DNA from: an uncultured delta proteobacterium
GTDB taxonomy: Bacteria > Myxococcota > Myxococcia > Myxococcales > Anaeromyxobacteraceae
Reading direction: 5' to 3'
DNA length: 64,000 bases
Assembly: GCA_963828255.1 (NCBI GenBank)
Contig: CAWHDZ010000025.1
Span: 64,001 to 128,000 of the forward strand
Within the stretch, counting starts at the first letter, position 1. Each line of letters begins with the position of its first letter. The position numbers and the translations under genes are program-made. This document shows positions 31,199 to 43,221 of the stretch, piece after piece. A model generated the notes under the pieces. It did no database searches and was not told the origin of the DNA. It saw only the letters and a program-made list of their open reading frames with translations.

Positions 31199-32716
31199 AT
31201 GACGACCCGCCTCCTCCAGGCCTGGAACGCCGAGGCCTTCGACTCGGGCGACGTCCCCATCCTCCCGGTGGACGAGTTCCAGCAGATCGTCGCCGACACC
31301 ATCGCCGCCGGGGCGCGGGTCTCGAGCTATTCGGGGCGCACCGACGGGCAGCGCACCCGGGTGACCGCGGTGCTGGCCGACGACGCCCAGGGGCGGCTGG
31401 GCGTGCTCTCCTGCCGGGTGGGCCCCTCCTGGCCCTCGCTGGCCGCCGAGTGCCCGTCCATCCAGGCCTTCGAACGGGAGATCTTCGAGCAGTTCGGCGT
31501 GCGGCCGGAGGGGCACCCCTGGCTGAAGCCGCTCCGCTTCGAGCCTCCCATCGCACCCGGAGTCGATCCCTGGGGGCGCGTGGCGAAGCCCACCACCATC
31601 CCCGGCGACTACCCCTTCTTCCGCGTCGAGGGGGAGGAGGTGCACGAGGTGGCGGTGGGGCCGGTGCACGCCGGCGTCATCGAGCCCGGACACTTCCGCT
31701 TCCAGTGCCACGGCGAGCACGTCTTCACGCTGGAGATCGTCCTGGGCTACCAGCACCGCGGGGTCGAGCGGCTGCTCCTGGGCGGGCCGGACCGGCGCAC
31801 GGTGACGCTCCTCGAGTCGGTGGCCGGGGACACCGCGGTGGGGAACGCCATCACCCACGCCAACGCGGTGGAGGCCCTGGCCGGCTTCCAGATCCCGGCC
31901 CGGGCCTCGGTGCTGCGCGGCGTGGCCCTCGAGCTGGAGCGGCTCGCCAACCACGTCGGCGATCTCGGGATGATGGCCGGGGACGTGGGCTTCCTGCCCG
32001 CGGCCAGCTCCTGCGGCGCGCTGCGCGCCGATTTCCTGAACGCCCTGGCCGAGATCTGCGGCAACCGGTTCGGGCGCGGGCTGGTCGTGCCCGGCGGGGT
32101 CCGCTTCGACCTCGACGCCGACGCGGCCTCGCGCCTCGCCGACAGGCTGCAGAAGGCCTGGGAGCGCGTGGAGGGGGCCACGCGCCTCCTCTTCGAGTCA
32201 CCCTCGGTGCGCAACCGCTTCGACGGCACCGGCGTGGTGAGCCGCGGGACCTGCGTGGAGCTCGGGCTGGTGGGCCCGGCGGCGCGGGCCTGCGGGGTCT
32301 CCCGCGACGTGCGGCGCGACCACGCCACCGGGGTCTTCCGCTTCCTCCACGTGCCGGTGGTCACCGGCGAGACCGGCGACGTCTTCGCGCGCGGCTGGGT
32401 TCGCAGGCTCGAGGCGGAGCGCAGCATGGAGTTCGTGCTGCGACAGCTCCGCGCCCTCCCCGGCGGGCCGGTCCGCGCCCCCTGCCCGCTCCCCCGACCG
32501 GCGCGGCTCGTGGTCTCGCTCACCGAGGGCTGGCGCGGGGAGCTCTGCCACGTGGTGGAGACCGACCGGGACGGCGCCTTCCTCCGCTACAAGCTCGTGG
32601 ACCCCTCGTTCCACAACTGGATGGGGCTCGCGCTGGCGATGCGGGCCGAGCAGATCTCCGACTTCCCCCTCTGCAACAAGAGCTTCAACCTCTCCTACTG
32701 CGGGCACGACCTCTGA
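31199..32716 (+). CDS. ehrL: HyfG/NuoCD-like large subunit lacking NiFe CxxC motifs (EhrL)
   Basis: VGPVHAGVIEPGHFRF, GYQHRGVE; ESVAGD in place of RxCxxC; C-terminal DFPLCNKSFNLSYCGHDL. Confidence 0.9.
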   Translation: MTTRLLQAWNAEAFDSGDVPILPVDEFQQIVADTIAAGARVSSYSGRTDGQRTRVTAVLADDAQGRLGVLSCRVGPSWPSLAAECPSIQAFEREIFEQFGVRPEGHPWLKPLRFEPPIAPGVDPWGRVAKPTTIPGDYPFFRVEGEEVHEVAVGPVHAGVIEPGHFRFQCHGEHVFTLEIVLGYQHRGVERLLLGGPDRRTVTLLESVAGDTAVGNAITHANAVEALAGFQIPARASVLRGVALELERLANHVGDLGMMAGDVGFLPAASSCGALRADFLNALAEICGNRFGRGLVVPGGVRFDLDADAASRLADRLQKAWERVEGATRLLFESPSVRNRFDGTGVVSRGTCVELGLVGPAARACGVSRDVRRDHATGVFRFLHVPVVTGETGDVFARGWVRRLEAERSMEFVLRQLRALPGGPVRAPCPLPRPARLVVSLTEGWRGELCHVVETDRDGAFLRYKLVDPSFHNWMGLALAMRAEQISDFPLCNKSFNLSYCGHDL

Positions 32717-33483
32717 TGGACGGCATCCCCGGCATCCTCCAGTTCCGCGTCGGCTTCGGCCGGCAGACCGTGGCCTACCCCGCGGGCCCGGCCCGCTTCC
32801 CGGAGCGCTTCCGGGGGCTCCCCGTGCTGGACGCCCGGCAGGGCGACGGCGGCCGCGCCGGTGCGGCCATCTGCCCCACCCAGGCGGTGCGCGATGCGGG
32901 CGGTCCGGGCCTGGCCATCGACCTGGGGCGCTGCACCTTCTGCGGCCTGTGCGAGGAGGTGAGCCCCGGGGCGATCCGGTTCACCGGCGACCACCGTCTC
33001 GCGGCGCGGACGCGGCAGGAACTGGCGGTGAACGGGAAGGAGGCGCTGCTCGCCGCCGCCCTCGACGAGAGGACGCGGAAGCTCTTCGGCAGGTCGCTGC
33101 GGCTGCGCCAGGTGTCGGCGGCGGGGTGCAACGGCTGCGAGGCGGAGCTGAACGCCGCGGGAAACATCCAGTTCGACATGTCCCGCTTCGGCGTGGCCTT
33201 CGTGGCCTCGCCGCGCCACGCGGACGGGATCGTGGTGACCGGGCCGGTGTCGGTGAACATGCGGGAGGCCCTGCTCAAGACCTGGGAGGCGGTCCCGGCT
33301 CCGCGGCTGGTCATCGCGGTGGGGGCGTGCGCCTGCTCGGGGGGGATCTTCCGCGACAGCCCGGTGCAGTCGAACGGGATGCCGGGGGTGCCGGAGATCC
33401 CGGTGGACCTGTGGGTGGCGGGGTGTCCCCCGCATCCGATCACGTTCATCGACGGGGTGCTGCGGTTGCTGGGGAGGTTGTAG
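32716..33483 (+). CDS. ehrS: Ferredoxin-like plus NuoB/HyfI-like small subunit (EhrS)
   Basis: CTFCGLC; GCNGCE, SPRHAD, GACACSGG, GCPP. Confidence 0.88.
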   Translation: MDGIPGILQFRVGFGRQTVAYPAGPARFPERFRGLPVLDARQGDGGRAGAAICPTQAVRDAGGPGLAIDLGRCTFCGLCEEVSPGAIRFTGDHRLAARTRQELAVNGKEALLAAALDERTRKLFGRSLRLRQVSAAGCNGCEAELNAAGNIQFDMSRFGVAFVASPRHADGIVVTGPVSVNMREALLKTWEAVPAPRLVIAVGACACSGGIFRDSPVQSNGMPGVPEIPVDLWVAGCPPHPITFIDGVLRLLGRL

Positions 33484-33485
33484 CA

Positions 33486-33505
33486 GCGTCCAACCGGTTG
33501 GACGC
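33486..33505. repeat. Perfect 20-bp palindrome GCGTCCAACCGGTTGGACGC just after the ehr operon
   Basis: Directly visible; lies between convergent genes; no U-tract. Confidence 0.8.
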
Positions 33506-33622
33506 ACCTGACCCACCCCGAACGGGCGAGGCACCTAACCCGTGAGCGGCGCGGGCCGAATCCGGCGACGTTGTGATGAACCGGTACGCGAGGAACCCGG
33601 TCCTGCGCGAGCCTTGCGCCGT

Positions 33623-33973
33623 CTACTGCGTAGACGGCGCTGCAGGAGGAGGCGGCGTCACCAGCGGCCCGTGCACCACGGGCGGAAGCACCGCCATCGG
33701 CATCGGCGGCTGCGGCATGGCGATCCAGAGCGCGATGTACACGATGATCCCCCACCCTCCGGCGAAGATGGAGAGGATGAAGAGCACGCGCACGAGCGCA
33801 AGCGGGACCGCGAACCGGTCGGCGAGGCCGCGGCAGACGCCGGCGATCATCTTGCCCTCGCGGGCGCGGTACCACTCCCGCTGCATGGGGGGCTGGGCCA
33901 TCCAGCTCGTGCAGTGGCGGCAGCGGACGGCGCCGGTCTCGTTCTCGGTGCGGCAGTACGGGCAGGTGACCAT
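33623..33973 (-). CDS. Zinc-ribbon plus PspC domain protein
   Basis: CPYC...CRHC; YRAREGKMIAGVCRGLA...VRVLF...YIALWIAMP. Confidence 0.85.
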   Translation of the reverse strand: MVTCPYCRTENETGAVRCRHCTSWMAQPPMQREWYRAREGKMIAGVCRGLADRFAVPLALVRVLFILSIFAGGWGIIVYIALWIAMPQPPMPMAVLPPVVHGPLVTPPPPAAPSTQ

Positions 33974-34056
33974 TTGATCTTCTCCTCCGTTCCCTCCCCC
34001 TACGGCCGGGGAGAACCTCTATTTCAACGCCATCCCGGGGCGATGTAGAAGGACTC

Positions 34057-35172
34057 GTGTTCCTGCGCGCGATATTGCTGCCGTTTCTCTGGACGCGCCT
34101 CCTCCTCGTTGGGGTGGCCTGGTTCGGCGTCCAGATGTCGGTGAGCTGGACCTACCCGTTTCCGGAGGCAGCCCGGCGGGGGTGGGCCTTCGTGCCGGCG
34201 CCATGGCTCGACGCCTTCGGACGCTGGGACGCGCACTGGTACCTGGACGTGGCGTCGCGGGGGTACGAGCTTCGCGGCCCGCTCGGCTCGGTGCAGTCCA
34301 ACGTGGCCTTCTTCCCGCTCTACCCTTGGACGGTGCGGGCGCTCCACGCGCTCCTGCCTGGCCAGGGCGAGGCGTCGTGGTTCATCGCCGCCATGGCGGT
34401 CTCGAACGCGGCGCTGATCGGCGCGCTCTGGCTCCTCTGGCGGCTCGCCCGGGACCTCGCGGACGAGGAGGCTGCGACGCGCACGGTTCTCTACACCCTC
34501 CTCTTCCCGGCCGGGTTCGTCCTCTCGGCGCCCTATCCCGAGGCGCTCTTCCTGCTCCTCTCGGTGGCGAGCCTCTCGGCGGCGACGAAGGGGCGGCCAG
34601 GCCGCGCCGGCCTGCTCGGGCTCCTTCTGGCGCTCACCCGGCCCGGGGGCGTCCTGGTGGCCTTGCCGCTCGCCTGGATCGCCTTCGAGCGGGGCGGACG
34701 CAGGCTCCCGGCGCTGGCCGCCGCGGCGCTGCCCGGGTTGGGGCTCGCCGCCCACGCCGCGAACCTCTGGCGCGTCACCGGCGACCCGTGGGCGCTGTTC
34801 CACGCCCAGGCGGCCTGGGGCCGGGCCCTCGCCACCCCATGGCAAACCCTGCTGCACCCCCGGGACTTCCACCCCTGGATGGGACCGATGGATGCCCTGG
34901 CGATCCTGCTCGTGGCAGGGCTCTCGGCCTGGCTCCTCACCCGGAAGGAGACCCGGGCATGCGGGATCTGGGCGCTCGTGTCGCTCGTCCCGGTGCTGCT
35001 CTCCGGGACGCTCCTCTCCTCGGTCCGGTTCGCCTCGGTGCTCTTCCCGGCCTTCCTCGCGCTGGGAATCCTCGGACGGCGGCCGGAACTGGATCGGGCG
35101 GCGGTGATCGGATTCTCATTCGCCCAGGCCACCCTCTTCTTCTTCTGGGCGCGCTTCTTCTGGGTGGGTTAG
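34057..35172 (+). CDS. GT-C membrane glycosyltransferase (PIG-V mannosyltransferase-like)
   Basis: RWDAHWYLDVASRGY, AFFPLYP, YPEALF, LTRPGG; multi-TM. Confidence 0.8.
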   Translation: MFLRAILLPFLWTRLLLVGVAWFGVQMSVSWTYPFPEAARRGWAFVPAPWLDAFGRWDAHWYLDVASRGYELRGPLGSVQSNVAFFPLYPWTVRALHALLPGQGEASWFIAAMAVSNAALIGALWLLWRLARDLADEEAATRTVLYTLLFPAGFVLSAPYPEALFLLLSVASLSAATKGRPGRAGLLGLLLALTRPGGVLVALPLAWIAFERGGRRLPALAAAALPGLGLAAHAANLWRVTGDPWALFHAQAAWGRALATPWQTLLHPRDFHPWMGPMDALAILLVAGLSAWLLTRKETRACGIWALVSLVPVLLSGTLLSSVRFASVLFPAFLALGILGRRPELDRAAVIGFSFAQATLFFFWARFFWVG

Positions 35173-35184
35173 GACGCTCCGACC

Positions 35185-37842
<2,658 letters not shown>

Positions 37843-37891
37843 GGCCGGTCGAAATCTGGCATCGGGGCGGGGCGGCGGCACAATCCCCGCC

Positions 37892-38197
37892 ATGAGCCTC
37901 TTCGACGCCCTGTCCGTGGCCGCCCTTGCGGCATCGCTGGTCCTCCTCTTCGACGCCGGGGCGCGGGTGCCGGCGCTGGCGGCGGTGCTGGCCGCGGGGC
38001 TGCAGGCCGGGATCCTGTTCCACGTCTTGCAGGTCCGGACCGGGAGCTTCCCGCTGACCCTGGCGCTGTCCTTCGCGGTGCTGGCCGCGGCGGGCTACGC
38101 CTGGACGCGGGCCCAGGCCAAGCCAGGGGTGACGGCCGCGACGGCGGCGGTGCTGGCCGGAGCGATCCAGATCCTGCGGGGATTCAAGCTGGTGTAG
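37892..38197 (+). CDS. Small hypothetical membrane protein
   Basis: 101 aa with about four hydrophobic segments. Confidence 0.6.
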   Translation: MSLFDALSVAALAASLVLLFDAGARVPALAAVLAAGLQAGILFHVLQVRTGSFPLTLALSFAVLAAAGYAWTRAQAKPGVTAATAAVLAGAIQILRGFKLV

Positions 38198-38211
38198 GGC
38201 GGGCCCCTTCG

Positions 38212-38523
38212 TCAGACACCCTTCAGCCGGATCTCCCTGCCCTTCAGGCGGGCCACGATCTCGATCTCGCCGCCCAGCGCCTCGACGTAGCGCCGGATGG
38301 TGGAGATGCGGTGGTCCTTGCGCCGCTCGGCGCGGGACAGCTCCCCCTGGTGCATCTTCGCCTTCTTCGCGACCTCTACCTGGGTCTTGCCGGCGAGCTT
38401 GCGGAGCTCGGCGAGCTCCATGCGTAGGGTCTCCCGGCGGACATAGCGGTCGGTGGCGGCGATCTGCTCCGGGGTGAAGTACTTCCGCCGGATGTCCTCC
38501 CACCTCTGGAGTCTCGGGGTCAT
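38212..38523 (-). CDS. XRE/HTH antitoxin (HigA/Ata-like)
   Basis: LAELRKLAGKTQVEVAKK...LSRAERR...STIRRYVEALGGEIEI; start overlaps the toxin stop. Confidence 0.85.
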   Translation of the reverse strand: MTPRLQRWEDIRRKYFTPEQIAATDRYVRRETLRMELAELRKLAGKTQVEVAKKAKMHQGELSRAERRKDHRISTIRRYVEALGGEIEIVARLKGREIRLKGV

Positions 38524-38873
38524 GTGGGGTCCTCCCTTCCGAGGCTCTCGAGATGGTCGCTCCACAGTTCCTCCGCTCGCTGGATGGCCCTGCGATAGAA
38601 CCGGGCGTCCGCGGCCTTGTTTCCGCCCAGAAGGACCACTGCCTCCCTTCGGGGGTCGAACGCGTAGAGGACGCGCAGGGGGCTGCTCCCCCTCTTCGGC
38701 CGCAGCTCGCGAAGAGCGAACCTCGATCCTCGGATCGCGCTGGAATGCGGCTCTCCCAGGGTGATCCCGTGTTCTGCGAGCATGGACACGACCCGATCCA
38801 CGGCCCTTCGTTCGCGGTCGTCGAGTCCGGCGAGCCACGCGTCGAATTCTCCTGTTGCGTTCACGACGGTCAC
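38520..38873 (-). CDS. RelE/ParE-superfamily toxin (Gp49/HigB/Tad-like)
   Basis: FDAWL, LGEPHSSAIRGS, LRELR, LRVLYAFDPRREAVVLLGGNK. Confidence 0.85.
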   Translation of the reverse strand: MTVVNATGEFDAWLAGLDDRERRAVDRVVSMLAEHGITLGEPHSSAIRGSRFALRELRPKRGSSPLRVLYAFDPRREAVVLLGGNKAADARFYRRAIQRAEELWSDHLESLGREDPT

Positions 38874-38912
38874 GGCGCCCTTCCGGATGGAAGGGGCTCG
38901 ACCGCCGACCTG

Positions 38913-38941
38913 AATATACGCTCCACGGCATATCGGTTCAA
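38913..38941 (-). promoter_or_regulatory. Sigma-70 promoter of the toxin-antitoxin operon
   Basis: TTGAAC-N17-TATATT, about 40 bp upstream of the toxin GTG. Confidence 0.6.
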
Positions 38942-39054
38942 TGTCGGCAGCGATCCACGCACGGGGTCCCCCGTGGCATTCCCCGTGCCTCCCAAGGTCC
39001 GCGAGGCACCCCATCGGCCCCTTGCTTCGGCGATTCCGCGGATTAGCTTTCCCG

Positions 39055-40809
39055 GTGCCCTTGGCCTCCCCTTCCCCCTCCCGCCTCTCCTCCGCCCGCC
39101 GCCTCCTCCCCCTCCTCGAGATGGAGTGGAAGGCGCTCGCCGGCGCCACGGTCCTGCTGCTGCTGGGCTCGGCCGCCGCGCTCGCCTATCCGCAGGGCAT
39201 CCGCATCATCGTGGACGGGGCGCTCGAGAGCCGCGACATGGGGCGCATCCGCCAGGCAGCCCTGGTCATGGGGGCGCTGGCGGTGGTGCAGGGGCTCGCC
39301 GTGGCCGGCCGGGCCTACCTGTTCGCCCTCGCCGGTGAACGGGGAGTGAAGCGGGTGCGCGAGCAGCTCTTCGACTCGCTGGTGGTCCAGGAGGTGGGCT
39401 TCTTCGACGGGCAGCGCACCGGCGACCTCACCTCCCGCCTGGCCTCCGACACGGCATCGCTGCAGGGGCTGCTCTCCTCCCAGCTCTCCATGGCGCTGCG
39501 GAACGCGGTGCAGGTGGTGGGCGGGATGGTTCTCCTCTTCATCACCTCCGCGAAGCTCACCAGCGTGATGCTGCTCGTGGTCCCGGCGGTGGCGTTCGGC
39601 GCGGTCTTCTACGGACGTAAAGTCAGGGCGCTCTCCAAGGGCTACCAGGACGCGCTGGCCGACGCCGGGCACGCGGCGGAGGAGTCGCTCTCGGCCATCC
39701 GCACGGTGCGCTCCTTCGCGGCCGAACCCGCCGAGATGTCCCGCTACGGCGCGGCCATCGAGGCGAGCTTCCGGCTGGCGCGCACGCGCGTGCGGGCGGC
39801 GTCGATCTTCATGGGGGCGGCGTCCACGGGGGTCTACCTGGCCATCGCCGTCGTGCTCGGCTACGGCGGGTCGCTGGTGGCGGGGGAGCTCAGCGCCGGC
39901 GCGCTCACCGCCTTCCTGGTCTACACGCTGCTCATCGCCATGGGGCTCGGCACGCTGGCCGACATCTGGGCCGAGGCCATGAAGGGGCTGGGGGCCGCAG
40001 AGCGGGTCTTCGAGCTCTCCTCGCGCACGCCTGCGATGCCGGTTTCGGGCGGGCGGCGGCTCGAGCGCGTGAAGGGGCGCGTGTCGTACGAGAAGGTGCG
40101 GTTCCGCTACCCCACCCGGCCCGACGTGGAGGTGCTGCAGGGCATCGACCTCGCCGTGGAGCCCGGGCAGGTGGTGGCGCTGGTGGGTCCGTCGGGGGGC
40201 GGCAAGTCCACCATGGGTGCATTGCTCTCGCGCCTCTACGACCCCACCGAGGGGCGCGTGGCGCTCGACGGCGTGGACCTCCGCGACCTCGACCCGGCCT
40301 GGCTGCGGCGGCTCGTGGGGGTGGTCTCGCAGGAGCCGGTGCTCTTCTCGACGACCATCGGCGACAACGTGCGGTACGGGCGCCCCGAGGCGAGCGACGA
40401 GGAGGTCCGCGAGGCCCTGCGGGCGGCCAGCGCGCTGGGCTTCGTGGAGGGGTTCCCGGATGGGCTCTCCACCAAGGTGGGGGAGCGGGGGCAGCAGCTC
40501 TCCGGAGGGCAGAAGCAGCGCATCGCCATCGCGCGGGCGCTGCTCAAGGACCCGCGCATCCTGCTGCTCGACGAGGCCACCAGCGCGCTCGACGCCGAGA
40601 GCGAGGCGCTGGTGCAGGACGCGCTCACGAAGCTCATGCGCGGCCGGACCTCGGTGGTCATCGCCCACCGGCTCTCGACGGTGATCGGGGCCGACCGGGT
40701 GGTGGTGGTGGACGGGGGCGAGGTGGCCGAGTCGGGCACGCACGCCGAGCTCCTGGCGCGCGGCGGGGTCTACGCCCGGCTGGTGGAGAAGCAGGTGCTG
40801 CGGGGGTAG
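39055..40809 (+). CDS. ABC exporter, fused permease/ATPase (MsbA/ABCB type); start uncertain
   Basis: Six-TM domain, GPSGGGKST, LSGGQKQR, LLLDEATSALD, IAHRLST. Confidence 0.92.
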   Translation: MPLASPSPSRLSSARRLLPLLEMEWKALAGATVLLLLGSAAALAYPQGIRIIVDGALESRDMGRIRQAALVMGALAVVQGLAVAGRAYLFALAGERGVKRVREQLFDSLVVQEVGFFDGQRTGDLTSRLASDTASLQGLLSSQLSMALRNAVQVVGGMVLLFITSAKLTSVMLLVVPAVAFGAVFYGRKVRALSKGYQDALADAGHAAEESLSAIRTVRSFAAEPAEMSRYGAAIEASFRLARTRVRAASIFMGAASTGVYLAIAVVLGYGGSLVAGELSAGALTAFLVYTLLIAMGLGTLADIWAEAMKGLGAAERVFELSSRTPAMPVSGGRRLERVKGRVSYEKVRFRYPTRPDVEVLQGIDLAVEPGQVVALVGPSGGGKSTMGALLSRLYDPTEGRVALDGVDLRDLDPAWLRRLVGVVSQEPVLFSTTIGDNVRYGRPEASDEEVREALRAASALGFVEGFPDGLSTKVGERGQQLSGGQKQRIAIARALLKDPRILLLDEATSALDAESEALVQDALTKLMRGRTSVVIAHRLSTVIGADRVVVVDGGEVAESGTHAELLARGGVYARLVEKQVLRG

Positions 40810-40820
40810 GCGTGGCGGCG

Positions 40821-41051
40821 CTAGGTCTTCGGGCGCCGCTTCAGGCGGGCGCCGACGGCGGCGAGCGAGATGGTGCGGCGGGGCGCGAGGGCCTCGGCCT
40901 GCTGGATGTTGCGGGCCTCCTGGGAGAGCGCCTGGCGGAGCGCGTCTCCGATGACCTCGGACATGGTGCAGTCGGTGGCCTTGGCCCTGAGGCGGAGCGC
41001 GCGGTGCAGGCGGGGGTCGAGGTACGCGGTGATGCGTTTCCGTGAGGGCAT
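40821..41051 (-). CDS. CopG/ribbon-helix-helix protein
   Basis: KRITAYLDPRLHRALRLRAK...MSEVIGDALRQAL. Confidence 0.75.
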   Translation of the reverse strand: MPSRKRITAYLDPRLHRALRLRAKATDCTMSEVIGDALRQALSQEARNIQQAEALAPRRTISLAAVGARLKRRPKT

Positions 41052-41159
41052 GGAGAGGTAGCGTGGCGGTTTCGGACGGGGGCGTCAAGGTGCCGGGGAG
41101 TCGGCGAGGGGGAGAGGCCGCCCTCGGACGCGTGCGCGAGCGACAGGACCGCGAGCGCC

Positions 41160-42113
41160 TCAGGCGGCCCCCAGCAGGCGATCGACCGTCTGCGCCGGCC
41201 GCTCCAGCAGGTCGAGCCCGGACTCCACCCGGCAGGCACGCGCAACGTCCGCGATCCGCCGCAGGACGTCCAGGTGATCCGCTCCGCCCGGGAGACCGTC
41301 CACGACGAGGAGGGTGCTCGACTCGATGAGCGCCCCCAGGGCGTCGGCGGCCGGGATGGGTTCGATCACCGTGGCGGCTCCCCCGGAAACGTGGGGCAGG
41401 AGGAGCAGCGCAGGCGTCGCCATCGAGGAGCGCTCGCGACCGGGCCACGCCTGGCGTGGGTCGAGCCGGCGCTTCTCACCGGAGGGGAGCAGGCCGGAGA
41501 GCAGCGCCCCAATGCGCGGGAAGGCCGTGGCCGTCCTCGGTGCGACGTGGAACGGGCGCGGCAGCGCCAGGACGGCCTCGTCGCCGCAGCGGGCCGAAAG
41601 GAACACCGCATCGTCTCCCAGGTACGCGCAACCGGCCTCGAGAAGCGCCAGCGTGAGCGTGCTCTTCCCGGCCCCCGCGGGTCCGGCCACCAGGATCCCC
41701 CGGCCGTCGGGCGCCACGAGCGCGCCGGCGTGGAGGTGGAAGAGTCCGTGCCAGCGGAGGGCCAGGACGAGCGCGATGAGGAGGAGCACGTGCGCGAAGA
41801 AGTGGCCGTCGCGCAGCGACTGGTCAGCGACGTCCAGCTCGACGAGCCCGCCGGCGGCGGCGATGCGCGCGCGGGAGTGGCCGTCCCAGACCGTCAGTTC
41901 CTCGCCCTCGCCGTGGCAGTCGACGATGCCGTGGTAGAAGCGGCGCGGCCCGGCCGGGCGCGGAAGCGACGGGCTCGCCCGCAGCACGACACGCAGGTCG
42001 GGAGTCCGGGCCGAATCGTCGATCGGAAGGGCGCCCAGCAACTCGGCCGCCGCGGCGACCAGGCGTGCGTCGCCCTCCACTGTGAGTACCATCCGGTGGA
42101 AGCACAGGCGCAT
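41160..42113 (-). CDS. HprK-related kinase (RiPP-associated type)
   Basis: LHAGAL, Walker A GPAGAGKST, LGDD. Confidence 0.85.
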   Translation of the reverse strand: MRLCFHRMVLTVEGDARLVAAAAELLGALPIDDSARTPDLRVVLRASPSLPRPAGPRRFYHGIVDCHGEGEELTVWDGHSRARIAAAGGLVELDVADQSLRDGHFFAHVLLLIALVLALRWHGLFHLHAGALVAPDGRGILVAGPAGAGKSTLTLALLEAGCAYLGDDAVFLSARCGDEAVLALPRPFHVAPRTATAFPRIGALLSGLLPSGEKRRLDPRQAWPGRERSSMATPALLLLPHVSGGAATVIEPIPAADALGALIESSTLLVVDGLPGGADHLDVLRRIADVARACRVESGLDLLERPAQTVDRLLGAA

Positions 42114-42117
42114 GCGG

Positions 42118-43221
42118 TCAGCGGCCGGTCAGGAGCGACCAGGCGCCCCGCACGGGTCGCCAGAGGTAGAGAAGGGGAAGGACCGGCGAGGACCGGGGAA
42201 CCCGGTAGCGGGTCGCCATGTACTCCCGGGCCGGGAAGAGGATGCGGGCGAAGCCGGCCGGGGATCGACCCTGCCTCGCGAAGACCTCCTCCCAGTGCCG
42301 GGCCCGGACTCGAACCGCGTGGCGCCAGGCGGGGAGGCCGCGGGCCGCCCCTTTCTGCAGCAGGAGGCGCGCGGCCTCGAGCGCCCTCCGGCTCCCGTGG
42401 GGAGCCATCCGCGCCTCGACCTCACCCCAGGTCGCGGCGCCGGAGCCCACGGTCACGGCAAGGTCGCCGAGGAGCCGCGGCACGAACTTCTCCCGCCCCT
42501 CGTGGTGGTCGAAGACGTGCAGGCAAGCGCCGGCTGCGAGGTCAACCGCCGACGGGATTCGCAGGGTGCGCCCCTGCCAGGTCACGGTCCGCGACCGGGT
42601 CAGCAATCCCTGGAAGTCGGACCCGCCCCGCGCCTCGCCGGGCTGCGCGTTGTGCACCTCCAGTGCGACGCCGTGCGGCGTGTACACCAGCGGCGAGTGC
42701 ACCTTCCCGGGCTCGGCGTGCTCGGCGCGGGCTCCGTCGTAGCGGAGCTGCGGGTCCCGCTGCCGCGCGCCCAGACCCCGGACGGCGTCGTCGGCGCGCT
42801 CGGAATCCCGCTCCCGCACCAGCAGGTCCACGTCCCCGACGTGCCGCGCCCCGATGTCCGGATAGTGGACCAGGAGCAAGCCCGGGCCCTTCAGCACGAT
42901 CGATTCGATGCCCGCCTCGGCGAGCCCGGACTGCACCCTTGCCGCCTCGGACAGCAGGAGCGCGTTTCGCGCCGTCGCGTCGGCATGGGCGTCCTGGAAG
43001 GCCGAGCGGGCCGGTTCCGGGATCTCCTCCTCCAGACCGCGCAGCGACACCGCCGACCACACCGACTCGGCCACCGATCCGGCCCCTGCCAGGGAGAGCG
43101 CGCGATCCCAGCTCCGCACGCCGCGCATCGCCTCCCGCAGGCCGGGCCGGTCCGATCCCAGCGCGAGTAGCGCCTCGCGGACGAAGCGTCGCTCGGCCTC
43201 GCCCAGCGCCGCGAGGTTCAC
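42118..43221 (-). CDS. Nucleotidyltransferase (NTP_transf_5-like)
   Basis: ARNALL, IVLKG...YPDIGARHVGDVDLLV, LEVH; GTG start overlaps the upstream TGA. Confidence 0.85.
   Translation of the reverse strand: MNLAALGEAERRFVREALLALGSDRPGLREAMRGVRSWDRALSLAGAGSVAESVWSAVSLRGLEEEIPEPARSAFQDAHADATARNALLLSEAARVQSGLAEAGIESIVLKGPGLLLVHYPDIGARHVGDVDLLVRERDSERADDAVRGLGARQRDPQLRYDGARAEHAEPGKVHSPLVYTPHGVALEVHNAQPGEARGGSDFQGLLTRSRTVTWQGRTLRIPSAVDLAAGACLHVFDHHEGREKFVPRLLGDLAVTVGSGAATWGEVEARMAPHGSRRALEAARLLLQKGAARGLPAWRHAVRVRARHWEEVFARQGRSPAGFARILFPAREYMATRYRVPRSSPVLPLLYLWRPVRGAWSLLTGR

Noticed and set aside
31199..32716. NiFe hydrogenase-4 or formate hydrogenlyase
   Set aside because: Both nickel-binding CxxC motifs are absent, and there are no maturation or fdh genes nearby.
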